Source of the DNA: Spirochaetes bacterium ADurb.Bin218
GTDB lineage: Bacteria > Spirochaetota > UBA4802 > UBA5550
DNA: 64,000 nt
Direction of reading: 5' to 3'
Assembly (NCBI GenBank): GCA_002069965.1
Contig: MWCI01000011.1
Coordinates: 2,285 to 66,284, forward strand
The translations under genes and the position numbers were made by a program. Under the pieces are notes generated by a model, which saw nothing but the letters and a program-made list of their open reading frames with translations, ran no database searches and was not told where the DNA came from. Shown here piece by piece: positions 38,868-47,703 of this stretch (position 1 is the first letter of the stretch; each line of letters starts with the position of its first letter).

Positions 38868-39757
38868 TAAGGAGGCTTGCTGTGGATCAGGCAGCGAATT
38901 TGAGGAGATTGGTTTTAGAAAAAAAGAATGATGTTCCCTCTTCAACCAGAACTATAGTAATAACAAGTGGAAAGGGAGGGGTTGGCAAAACAAGTTTATC
39001 TGTAAGCCTTGCAATTGCTCTTGCTGAGGATGGCAAGTCAGTGACTTTAGTTGATGCTGATCTTGGTCTTGCTAATATAAATGTAATATTGGGGATTATA
39101 CCAAAATATAATCTCTACCATGTAATAAAAGGAAAAAAGCGACTTAAGGATATTATAATTGAGGTTCCGGAGGGTATTAAGATAATTGCTGGAGCCTCTG
39201 GTTTTCATCAACTTGCAAACCTTGAGCAAAAGCAAAGAGATGAATTTATAGAGGCAATGAATGAGCTTGCAAGTGATGATTATCTTATTATTGACACAGG
39301 AGCTGGTATATCACAAAATGTTTTGAGTTTTGTTCTGGCAGCAGATGAGGTGATAGTTGTGACGACTCCTGAGCCAACTGCTATTACAGATGCCTATGGG
39401 ATTATAAAGGCTATAGCTTCTCAGACTACAGAAAAAAATATTAAGTTGATAGTAAATAAGGCTCAGTCGGTTTCTGAGGGCAAGAGGGTTGCTCAAAGGG
39501 TTATCAATATAGCAGGTCAGTTTCTCAATATAAAAGTTGAAGATCTGGGATTTATATATGAGGATCCAAATGTTCCTAAATCTGTTCGTAACCAGAAACC
39601 TTTTTATGTAAGCTATCCTAAATCAAAGGCCTCTGGTTGTGTGAAAATGATAGCAGACAGGATAAATAATAAAGAGGTGTCTCCTGAAACAATAGGAGGG
39701 ATAGGGGGATTTATAAAAAATTTGATTGGTCAGTCTGCTAATCACAAAGAAGATTAG
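38864..39757 (+). CDS. flhG: MinD/ParA-type ATPase FlhG (YlxH/FleN)
   Basis: Deviant Walker A SGKGGVGKTS and a 4-nt ATGA overlap with flhF. Confidence 0.85.
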   Translation: MIRRLAVDQAANLRRLVLEKKNDVPSSTRTIVITSGKGGVGKTSLSVSLAIALAEDGKSVTLVDADLGLANINVILGIIPKYNLYHVIKGKKRLKDIIIEVPEGIKIIAGASGFHQLANLEQKQRDEFIEAMNELASDDYLIIDTGAGISQNVLSFVLAADEVIVVTTPEPTAITDAYGIIKAIASQTTEKNIKLIVNKAQSVSEGKRVAQRVINIAGQFLNIKVEDLGFIYEDPNVPKSVRNQKPFYVSYPKSKASGCVKMIADRINNKEVSPETIGGIGGFIKNLIGQSANHKED

Positions 39758-39825
39758 AAAAAGGCTTGATTTGTTTAATAATATAATTAAATTACATAGA
39801 AGATTATAAGAAATGGTAATATAAG

Positions 39826-40338
39826 ATGACTTTTCATGGATTGACATTAGAGAATAAGGTGGGTGCGGTTTTTTCTGCTGCTGCTTTTTTGTTGACCTTA
39901 CTTGTTGGTATTATCTCTGGTGTTAAGTTTGGTGTTACAATAGTTAGATCCTTGATTTGTATACCAGTGTTTTTCGGCATTGGTTTTGGCATAATTTTTG
40001 TAATAAAGACCTATGTCCCAGAGGTATATGAGATGTTAGTCGAGGCTTCTTCAAAAGAGGAGCCTGTTGTGTCTAATTCAATCAATCAGGACGAGGTTGA
40101 GATAGATCATGAAGAGTCTTCAGAGGGTACAAGGGAGTCCAATCCAGAGTTTACAGAGCTTTCTGAAAAGGATTTTGACAAATATTCAACATTAGGTGAT
40201 GATGGGCTTAATACAGCATTTAATGCATCAACTGGAAAACTGGGGAAGCATATAGTGGTGGATGAGAAATTTAGTAGTTATGAACCTAAGATTATGGCTC
40301 AGGCAATTAGAACAATGATGAGTAAAGATAAAGATTAA
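39826..40338 (+). CDS. 170-aa membrane protein between flhG and fliA (possible FlgV-type protein)
   Basis: Two N-terminal hydrophobic helices and an acidic tail. The functional suggestion rests on position only. Confidence 0.3.
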   Translation: MTFHGLTLENKVGAVFSAAAFLLTLLVGIISGVKFGVTIVRSLICIPVFFGIGFGIIFVIKTYVPEVYEMLVEASSKEEPVVSNSINQDEVEIDHEESSEGTRESNPEFTELSEKDFDKYSTLGDDGLNTAFNASTGKLGKHIVVDEKFSSYEPKIMAQAIRTMMSKDKD

Positions 40339-40357
40339 ATTTTCCTGGAAAGAGTTT

Positions 40358-41158
40358 ATGGATAATAAAAAATTTAAAGAATACGACTCAATTGATGAAG
40401 ATAAACTCTGGGAGAGATATAGCAAGAGCAATGAGCAGAGTATAAGAGACTATTTTGTTTTGAAATATGCTCCTCTTGTTAAGTATGTCGCCGGAAAGAT
40501 CTCCATGGGTATGCCTCAGAGTATAGAGTTTGAGGATCTTGTATCTTATGGGATATTTGGATTGTTAGATGCGATAAATAAATTTGATCCATCACGAGGC
40601 ATAAAATTCAAGACCTATGCAATGACAAGGATAAGAGGAGCAATATTTGATGAATTGCGTTCAATAGATTGGATTCCCCGTTCAATCAGGCAGAAGGCAA
40701 AGCAGATAGAGCAGGTTATAGCGGAACTTGAAAATAAACTTGGACGAACAGTTGAAGATGAAGAAATTGCCAAGGAGCTTGGTATCACAAATGAGGAATT
40801 CCAGAATCTCCTCAATAAACTAAGTGGGACATCGATGCTCTCATTAAATGATGTCTGGTATCTGGGGGATGATAATGATGAATTATCAATACTTGAGACC
40901 TTAGAGGCCCCGGAAAATATGAATCCAGATATACTTCTTGAAAAAGAAGAAATTAAAGAATATATTATAGATGCTATAAAAAAGCTTCCAGACAAGGAAA
41001 AGAAGGTCATAGTGCTATATTACTATGAAGATTTGACCTTGAAGGAAATAGGTGAGGTTCTGGATGTCACAGAAAGCAGGGTCTCTCAGTTGCACACAAA
41101 GGCAATAATGAGGCTCCGAGGTAGATTGGGTAGAATTAAGTCTAATATAGTGGGTTGA
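40358..41158 (+). CDS. fliA: flagellar sigma factor sigma-28 (FliA/SigD/WhiG)
   Basis: Region 2 ([18 protein letters not shown]) and region 4 HTH ([25 protein letters not shown]). Confidence 0.9.
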   Translation: MDNKKFKEYDSIDEDKLWERYSKSNEQSIRDYFVLKYAPLVKYVAGKISMGMPQSIEFEDLVSYGIFGLLDAINKFDPSRGIKFKTYAMTRIRGAIFDELRSIDWIPRSIRQKAKQIEQVIAELENKLGRTVEDEEIAKELGITNEEFQNLLNKLSGTSMLSLNDVWYLGDDNDELSILETLEAPENMNPDILLEKEEIKEYIIDAIKKLPDKEKKVIVLYYYEDLTLKEIGEVLDVTESRVSQLHTKAIMRLRGRLGRIKSNIVG

Positions 41159-41159
41159 T

Positions 41160-43148
41160 ATGCCAAGCCTAAAAGATCTCTTCATGGAAATAGACAGCGC
41201 CATTTCTGAGGAAAATGGCGATAACTCTCTTGAGGTCTATGCTGATTCGGTTAAACAGGCTCTTGAATTGGCTGCCAAAGAACTCAATGTGGATATTTCT
41301 GCTCTTGATTATGAAATTGTAGAGAAGGGGACAAAGGGGTTTTTTGGTATAGGCAGGTTGCCCTATCGCGTAATAGTCACGCCAATAAAACTTTCCACTG
41401 TAGAGATGACAGAGTTAGATGAGCTTGATTCTAAATTCTCTGGCTCTCATATTCCTGGTATTTCCCTGCAAAAAGAAGATAGCGATGGAATATATAAAAT
41501 AAGAGTAACAAAGAACGGAGTGATGCTTAAGGTTATTCCTCCAAGAGGTAATGGGGCAAAGGTTGCACCTGAAAGTGTCGAAAACAAACTCTATGAGATG
41601 AGAATATCAAAGTTTGATAAGTCAGCAATTGCTAAAGCTGTAAAAAATGCCAGATCAGAATGGATTAAAGTGGGTGATTGGGTGCCAAACCCAAATTACG
41701 ATGGAACGTTGCGTGTTGAAGTTACAGATGATGAGATGAAAGCCTATGTATATTTTAATCCGCCTCGTTTTAATGGCAGACATATGGATTATGATGATGT
41801 TATAGAGGCCTTGCGTAACGCAGGGGTTGTTACAGGAATAAAGGAAAAAGAGATAAATGATTATCTTGAGGAAATGGATTATAGAAGGCCACTGCTTGCA
41901 GCAGAGGGTCAGTACCCAAGAAATGGGCGCGATGCTTATATAGAATACAAGGTTAGAGTCGATAAATCCAAGGTTCAATTTGAAGAGGACGATAGCGGGA
42001 AGGTAGATTTCCGCAATCTTGAGCTTCTTGAAAATGTTGTGGCAGGCCAATTGCTTGCAGTGAAGGTCCCTGCTGAAGAGGGAATCCCTGGTAGAACAAT
42101 AACAAACAGAGTAATACCGGCAAAATCCGGTAAGGATATTTCTATTAAATATGGTAAGGGAACTATTCTTTCTGAGGATGGGACAGAACTTACAGCAGAG
42201 ATAAATGGGCAGGTGGTTTTTAAGCTTGGAAGGATATCTGTAGAGCCTGTTTACGTTGTGGGAGGGGATGTTTCTCTTGAAACAGGCAACATAGTTTTTC
42301 TTGGATCTGTAATTGTTCAGGGAAGCGTTCTTGACAATTTTGAGGTCAAAGCAGCAGGGAACGTTGAGGTTAAAGGAACAGTTCAAAAGGCTAATATAGA
42401 AGCAGAAGGGGATATCATTGTTCATCAAGGTATAAGCGGCAAAGAAGAGGCCAGGGTTGAGTCTACAGGGGGCTCAATTTTTGCAAAATTTGTCCAGAAC
42501 TCAAATCTTATTGCAGAGAAGAATGTTGTTGTTCCTGAGGGGATACTACATTCAAATGTTGATGCAGGAGAAAAGATTTATTCAATAGGTCGCAGAGCTA
42601 AAATCGCAGGGGGAGTTATAAGGGCAGGTGATGAGGTAAATGCAAGGTTTCTTGGCGCTGAGGGTGCAACTCGAACAATTATAAGAGTTGGAATAAATCC
42701 AAAAATTTTACAGCAGATGGATGATCTCCAGAAAATTAAAGATGAACTGGAAAATGAACTTACAAAGCTAAGACTTGATATAAAGACCTTGACTACTCAA
42801 AAGCGAAATGCAGGTGGTAAGCTTGCTGATGAAAAGGAAAAACTTCTCACGGAGATGACAGAAAGAGAGGCCAAACAAAGCGAGCGCTTTGATGAGGTGA
42901 ATTCGGAACTGGAGGAGTTAAATTCCTATATATCAATGCTGGAGCACAAGGGCAAGGTTTGTGCAGAGCGCATAGCCTATCCTGGAGTTGAGATATACAT
43001 AAAAGATAAGGATTTCAAAATTAGAGATAACTATACCCATGTAACATTTAAACTTGAGGGTGGAGAAATACATATATCAGATTATGAGCCTCCAGATTTA
43101 TCTGAAGGGACTCAAAAGATTACAACACTTGTAAGGCGAAGGAGGTAA
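41160..43148 (+). CDS. DUF342 (FapA-like) protein
   Basis: 662 aa; repetitive beta-helix-like core (GDVSLETGNIVFLGSVIVQGSV...NVEVKGTVQKANIEAEGDIIV) and a C-terminal coiled coil. One nt separates it from the fliA stop. Confidence 0.7.
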   Translation: MPSLKDLFMEIDSAISEENGDNSLEVYADSVKQALELAAKELNVDISALDYEIVEKGTKGFFGIGRLPYRVIVTPIKLSTVEMTELDELDSKFSGSHIPGISLQKEDSDGIYKIRVTKNGVMLKVIPPRGNGAKVAPESVENKLYEMRISKFDKSAIAKAVKNARSEWIKVGDWVPNPNYDGTLRVEVTDDEMKAYVYFNPPRFNGRHMDYDDVIEALRNAGVVTGIKEKEINDYLEEMDYRRPLLAAEGQYPRNGRDAYIEYKVRVDKSKVQFEEDDSGKVDFRNLELLENVVAGQLLAVKVPAEEGIPGRTITNRVIPAKSGKDISIKYGKGTILSEDGTELTAEINGQVVFKLGRISVEPVYVVGGDVSLETGNIVFLGSVIVQGSVLDNFEVKAAGNVEVKGTVQKANIEAEGDIIVHQGISGKEEARVESTGGSIFAKFVQNSNLIAEKNVVVPEGILHSNVDAGEKIYSIGRRAKIAGGVIRAGDEVNARFLGAEGATRTIIRVGINPKILQQMDDLQKIKDELENELTKLRLDIKTLTTQKRNAGGKLADEKEKLLTEMTEREAKQSERFDEVNSELEELNSYISMLEHKGKVCAERIAYPGVEIYIKDKDFKIRDNYTHVTFKLEGGEIHISDYEPPDLSEGTQKITTLVRRRR

Positions 43149-43154
43149 CTTCCA

Positions 43155-43472
43155 ATGCCGATTAAGCCTATTGATCTCCAGACAAACATTGGCCAGATGA
43201 CGGAGGTTGGTAAGGCGGAGCATGCAAGACATGCAGGTATATTGCAGCAGCAAAATGTACTTGATAAGGAAGCGGCAGAAAAGTCTAACCTTGTCAAGGA
43301 TAGACTTGATGAATTGAAAAAAGGGGAGCAGACACAAATAAAAAATGAGGAAAAGGGCTCGCCCAAAAGAGAGGCCAAAAGGCAAGCTGGTGAGAAAGAG
43401 AAAAAGAAAGAAGACAAACCTGAGCCAATGAAAGATGATAAAATAGGTCGGATAATTGACGTTTTAAAATAA
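43155..43472 (+). CDS. 105-aa highly charged protein, no family recognised
   Basis: Starts 7 nt after the DUF342 stop. N-terminus MPIKPIDLQTNIGQMTEVGKAEH followed by a K/E-rich tail. Confidence 0.4.
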   Translation: MPIKPIDLQTNIGQMTEVGKAEHARHAGILQQQNVLDKEAAEKSNLVKDRLDELKKGEQTQIKNEEKGSPKREAKRQAGEKEKKKEDKPEPMKDDKIGRIIDVLK

Positions 43473-43518
43473 GATTTAGTTTTTTATTTTATGAGACATA
43501 ATAAGGAATGAGGTCAAA

Positions 43519-44247
43519 ATGGAATTTTTTCTCCTTTTTCTATTTAATATATTCACAGCAGTTGTGATATATCTTGTTTTGAGTTTAAAGATTGAAAAAA
43601 GCTCTGCAACATTTCAGGAGAAAAAACTTCGAAAAGAAATGGGGGAAATTATAACTGAATTTAATTCAACAGCAGAGCGTAATATAACTATCCTTGAAAA
43701 CAAAATAAGTATTTTAAAACGACTCTTAAATGAGGCTGGCAATATAAAGGGAATAGATATGCGAGTCTTTGATAATGGAGATCTGCCAGGGATGAAAGGG
43801 GAAACAAAACTTCAAACCTTAGAAGAAAAAAATACTCCAGTTGAGAGAAAACCATCACATACCAAAGAAGTTATCCCTTCCAATGAAATTATATCTGCAG
43901 ATGTGTCTAAGTTGCGTACTTTTGAAAAGACAGAAAAGGCCAAAGCAAAAGCTACCACTATGACAAAAGAAGAGAGGAAAAAGTCTATAGATTTTATTGA
44001 AGACAGCCCCATTGATTTTTTAGATATTTATAAAGAAGAGAAGGGCTCTCCAGTTGGACTTGAAGATAAAATTGAAGAAAGTTTAGAAGATAACATAAGT
44101 GAACTCTTTGCAAAGACAAAAGACAAATATACACTGATAAATGACTTATATTCCAAGGGATACACAGTCGAGGAACTTTCACGTTTTTCTGGATTGCCCT
44201 CAGGAGAGGTGCGTCTTGTCATAAGTCTTAATTCAAAAAATCTTTGA
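43519..44247 (+). CDS. 242-aa membrane-anchored protein with an HTH-like C-terminus, no family recognised
   Basis: N-terminal TM helix, coiled-coil segment, and C-terminal GYTVEELSRFSGLPSGEVRLVISL. Confidence 0.4.
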   Translation: MEFFLLFLFNIFTAVVIYLVLSLKIEKSSATFQEKKLRKEMGEIITEFNSTAERNITILENKISILKRLLNEAGNIKGIDMRVFDNGDLPGMKGETKLQTLEEKNTPVERKPSHTKEVIPSNEIISADVSKLRTFEKTEKAKAKATTMTKEERKKSIDFIEDSPIDFLDIYKEEKGSPVGLEDKIEESLEDNISELFAKTKDKYTLINDLYSKGYTVEELSRFSGLPSGEVRLVISLNSKNL

Positions 44248-44368
44248 TTTTTATTTGAAATTTATATTCTTACCTTGTTTGTTTTTTTATTTTTTTATAT
44301 CTTTATTTAGGGATATTATTTTACCATAAGTAAAAAGAGTGAATTTTATGAATATTTAAGGTAGAGTT

Positions 44369-45220
44369 ATGGAGCTGAATATAAAAAGGCTTACTGAAGA
44401 GGAATTTAAAAAGTTTGCAAAGCTCATATATGATGAAAGCGGCATTTACATGAAGGATTCAAAGATAACGCTTCTTTCTAACAGATTACGGAAGAGGCTT
44501 GCTGCTCTTTCTTTGAATGAGTTTAGTGATTACTATAAATATTTAGAAAGCCTTACAGGTGAGGCAAAAAAAAAGGAATATGAAGAGCTATTGGATGTTG
44601 TTTCAACAAATGAGACCTATTTTTTCAGGAATGAACGCCATTTTGAGGCTTTGAAGGATTACTGTATACCAGAACTTGTAAAAATTAAAAAAGATAAAAC
44701 TCTAAGGATATGGAGTGCGGCATGTTCAACAGGGGAGGAACCCTACACAATCGCAATTTGTATTATGGAGTCCATGAAATATTTACAGGGATGGAATATA
44801 GAGATAATTGCAACTGATATAGCTCCATCTGTCCTTGAATTTGCAAGAGAAGGATATTACTCAGGCAGAAGAATAGAAAAAGTCCCTCCTGAGTATCTAA
44901 AAAAGTATTTTACTCTTGTAGACAAAGAAAAAGGCCTTTACAGAATAAATGATAATCTTAAAAAGATGGTTAATTTTTATTATTTGAATTTTTTTAAGAA
45001 TCCGTTCCCAAAAAATCTTGATATAATTTTTTGCAGGAATGTAATGATATATTTTGATAAGGCTCATCAAAGGGAATTGGTTGCTAATTTCTATCAATCA
45101 ATTTATGAACATGGATATTTGTTCATAGGACATTCTGAGACATTGCATTCTATTTCTGATGATTTTCTTTATAAAAAGATTCTTGATGCGCCTATATATG
45201 TCCCTAAACCGAGGAGTTAA
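44369..45220 (+). CDS. cheR: chemotaxis methyltransferase CheR (second copy)
   Basis: ETYFFRN and SAACSTGEEPYTIA motifs. Confidence 0.9.
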   Translation: MELNIKRLTEEEFKKFAKLIYDESGIYMKDSKITLLSNRLRKRLAALSLNEFSDYYKYLESLTGEAKKKEYEELLDVVSTNETYFFRNERHFEALKDYCIPELVKIKKDKTLRIWSAACSTGEEPYTIAICIMESMKYLQGWNIEIIATDIAPSVLEFAREGYYSGRRIEKVPPEYLKKYFTLVDKEKGLYRINDNLKKMVNFYYLNFFKNPFPKNLDIIFCRNVMIYFDKAHQRELVANFYQSIYEHGYLFIGHSETLHSISDDFLYKKILDAPIYVPKPRS

Positions 45221-45223
45221 TAA

Positions 45224-45703
45224 ATGGCATTTGAGTTAATTAATGTAGGAATTGCAGACTATGGTGTGTCAAGGAGTCCTGATATTTTACGAACTATTCT
45301 TGGTTCCTGCGTGGGAATCTGTATATATGATCCACAGAGCAAAATAGGGGGGCTTTCCCATATCATGCTCCCAACATCAAAACGGGAATATGTAAATATA
45401 CGAAAATATGCAGATACAGCCATACCAGCTATGCTATTGGATATGGAAAAAATGGGCTGCAGTCGCAACTCCTTAATTGCAAAGATTACAGGAGGGGCAA
45501 CAATGTTTAAGCATACAGAAAATTCTCTAATGGGCGATATAGGAAAAAATAATATAACCACAGTGCGAAAGATTCTTACAAATCTTGGCATAAAAATAGT
45601 TGCAGAGGATGTAGGTGGTGACTATGGTAGAACAATAGATTTTTATCTCGAAACAGGTGAGGTAAAAATTAAGACTATCGGTAAAGAAACGAAGATAATT
45701 TAG
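45224..45703 (+). CDS. cheD: chemoreceptor glutamine deamidase CheD (second copy)
   Basis: LGSCVGICIYD and GGLSHIMLP motifs; 159 aa. Confidence 0.85.
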   Translation: MAFELINVGIADYGVSRSPDILRTILGSCVGICIYDPQSKIGGLSHIMLPTSKREYVNIRKYADTAIPAMLLDMEKMGCSRNSLIAKITGGATMFKHTENSLMGDIGKNNITTVRKILTNLGIKIVAEDVGGDYGRTIDFYLETGEVKIKTIGKETKII

Positions 45704-45712
45704 GAAAAACTT

Positions 45713-46579
45713 ATGGAAAGTATGACAGGCTATGCCTTTGCAGAAAAGAGTAATGATAATTTTTCGTACTCGGTGGAGATAAAATCTCTTAACTCAAAGT
45801 ATCTTGAGATTTATGTTAATCTTCCAAAGATTTTGCGCAATGATGAGAATGAATTTACGCAAATTCTAAAAAAACACTTTGAGAGAGGTAAAATTGAGCT
45901 TACAATAGATATCTTTGACTGGAACAGCGCAAAGCCAGTATCCCTGAATACTCAGTTGATGAAGAAATATTATCAGGAACTGGAAACTCTTCATAAGTCC
46001 CTAAGGATAACAGAACCCCTGCGTTTTGAATCAGTGCTCCTTCTTGAAGGTATCACGCAAAAGGAAAGAACTGTTCTCTCTGATAAGGCAAAAAAGGACA
46101 TATACTCAACTTTAAATTCAGTCATAGCAAAGACCATAGAAATGCGTAAAAAAGAAGGAGCAGTAATTAAAAAGGATATTCAAAGTTGTCTTGGAGCAAT
46201 AGCAAAGGATGTGGCAAAGATTAAATCAGTCTCTAAAAAGGTTGTGGAGGAGAAAAAGGATATACTAAAAAGCAGGTTGAAGAATATAGCTGAAGGAAAC
46301 ATTGATTATACAAGATTATATACAGAAATAGCTCTTCTGGCTGAAAAGCTCGATATAAATGAGGAGCTTGTGCGTATGAATGATCATCTGGAAAAGTTTA
46401 AAGTTTTATTAAAAGATGAAGGCCAGGTGGGACGCAGACTTGACTTTTTATCCCAGGAGTTGTTTCGCGAGATAAATACAATAGCTGCAAAGTCCAATAA
46501 CTCAGAGATCTCCCACATGGTGGTTGAGGTGAAAAATCACATAGACAAGATCAGGGAGCATTGCAGAAATATAGTTTAA
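45713..46579 (+). CDS. yicC: YicC-family protein
   Basis: MTGYAF N-terminus, C-terminal DINEELVRMNDHLEKF and LSQELFREINTIAAKS. Confidence 0.85.
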   Translation: MESMTGYAFAEKSNDNFSYSVEIKSLNSKYLEIYVNLPKILRNDENEFTQILKKHFERGKIELTIDIFDWNSAKPVSLNTQLMKKYYQELETLHKSLRITEPLRFESVLLLEGITQKERTVLSDKAKKDIYSTLNSVIAKTIEMRKKEGAVIKKDIQSCLGAIAKDVAKIKSVSKKVVEEKKDILKSRLKNIAEGNIDYTRLYTEIALLAEKLDINEELVRMNDHLEKFKVLLKDEGQVGRRLDFLSQELFREINTIAAKSNNSEISHMVVEVKNHIDKIREHCRNIV

Positions 46580-46642
46580 ATTACCTTATTTTGTAAAATC
46601 GCTTGACAGTTTTTTATATAAAAAAAGTTATATAGATTGGTT

Positions 46643-46894
46643 ATGAAGACATCTCTTTTAAATATTGGTTTTGGAAATGCTGTTGTTGCTGAGAGGATTA
46701 TAGCAGTTATTACTCCCTCCTCTGCCTCAGGTAAAAGGCTTAAGGAAGAGGCCAGAGAGAACAATCTGTTGATAGATGCAACTCATGGCCGAAAGACAAG
46801 ATCCATAATCATTATGGATAGCAATCACATTATTCTCTCGGCAATGCAGCCGGAGACTCTTTCCAACAGGCTAAGTAATAACGCGGAAAGTTGA
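46643..46894 (+). CDS. remA: RemA/DUF370-family regulator
   Basis: [18 protein letters not shown]...GKRL...[14 protein letters not shown] is highly characteristic. ATG 46643 is preferred over the track's TTG 46637. Confidence 0.85.
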   Translation: MKTSLLNIGFGNAVVAERIIAVITPSSASGKRLKEEARENNLLIDATHGRKTRSIIIMDSNHIILSAMQPETLSNRLSNNAES

Positions 46895-46895
46895 A

Positions 46896-47507
46896 ATGAT
46901 TTTTGTAATTTCTGCTCCATCTGGCGCTGGCAAGACCACTTTAATAACGAGGCTTCTTCGCTCCGATGACAGATTTATGTTCAGCATATCCACAACAACC
47001 AGGAAGATACGGCCTGGGGAGTCCCATGGAGTTAATTATTATTTTGTCTCAAAAGAAAAATTTTTGGAAATGATAGAAAATGATGAGTTTTTTGAGTGGG
47101 CAGAGGTCTATGGCAATTATTATGGGACTTCAAAAAAAGAGATTGACAGAATTTTAAAAAGTGGTAAATTTCCTCTTTTCGATGTTGATGTTCAGGGAAG
47201 TAAAATTTTAAGAAAAAAATTGCCAGATGCAGTTTTTATTTTTATAATTCCTCCATCGTTGAATATACTCAAGGCTCGTCTCATTGGGCGGCAAACAGAG
47301 AGTGAAGAGGAGTTAGATGTACGTTTAAAAAATGCAGCAAAAGAAATTAATGAATATAAAAATTTTGATTATGTGATTGTAAATACAGTATTAGAAGAAT
47401 CAATGACTAAACTCAAAGCTATAGTAGAGGCTGAGATTTGCAAAACAAAGAATATTGAAGCTGACGTAAAGAAAATTTTGGAGGATTTCAATGATTATTC
47501 CACTTGA
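46896..47507 (+). CDS. gmk: guanylate kinase
   Basis: P-loop SAPSGAGKTT and TTRKIRPGESHGVNYYF. Confidence 0.95.
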   Translation: MIFVISAPSGAGKTTLITRLLRSDDRFMFSISTTTRKIRPGESHGVNYYFVSKEKFLEMIENDEFFEWAEVYGNYYGTSKKEIDRILKSGKFPLFDVDVQGSKILRKKLPDAVFIFIIPPSLNILKARLIGRQTESEEELDVRLKNAAKEINEYKNFDYVIVNTVLEESMTKLKAIVEAEICKTKNIEADVKKILEDFNDYST

Positions 47508-47694
47508 TAAATTAATGACTTATGACAAAAATAAATATGTGTTTACCAAAGCTGTGATGAAGGCTGTTGACAAAGTGGGCAATATACAGAACTATCCAGA
47601 GAAAAACCTGAATTGGAAAGTGGTTCCTCATGTTTTGAAGATGGTTCTGGATGGTGAAATAAAATTTATATATGAAGAAAAAGATATTGAATAA
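47491..47694 (+). CDS. rpoZ: RNA polymerase omega subunit
   Basis: 67 aa in the conserved gmk-rpoZ position. GGAGGA lies 5 nt before the ATG. N-terminus NKYVFTKAVMKA is omega-like. Confidence 0.7.
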   Translation: MIIPLDKLMTYDKNKYVFTKAVMKAVDKVGNIQNYPEKNLNWKVVPHVLKMVLDGEIKFIYEEKDIE

Positions 47695-47703
47695 TTTATA
47701 CTA

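Noticed and set aside
41655-42428. 257-aa ORF antisense to the DUF342 gene
   Set aside because: It lies entirely inside a well-supported + strand gene. Its Cys/Asn/Ile/Phe-rich composition is typical of reverse-frame translation of AT-rich coding DNA, and it has no SD. The same reasoning applies to the other antisense or shadow ORFs in the track, for example 38418-38945, 30146-30730, 1274-1639, 4337-4795 and 34871-35305.
46603-46634. TTGACA-based internal promoter for remA
   Set aside because: The best -10-like hexamers (TTATAT or TATATA) are 19-20 nt from the -35, which is too far. It is not reported as a feature.
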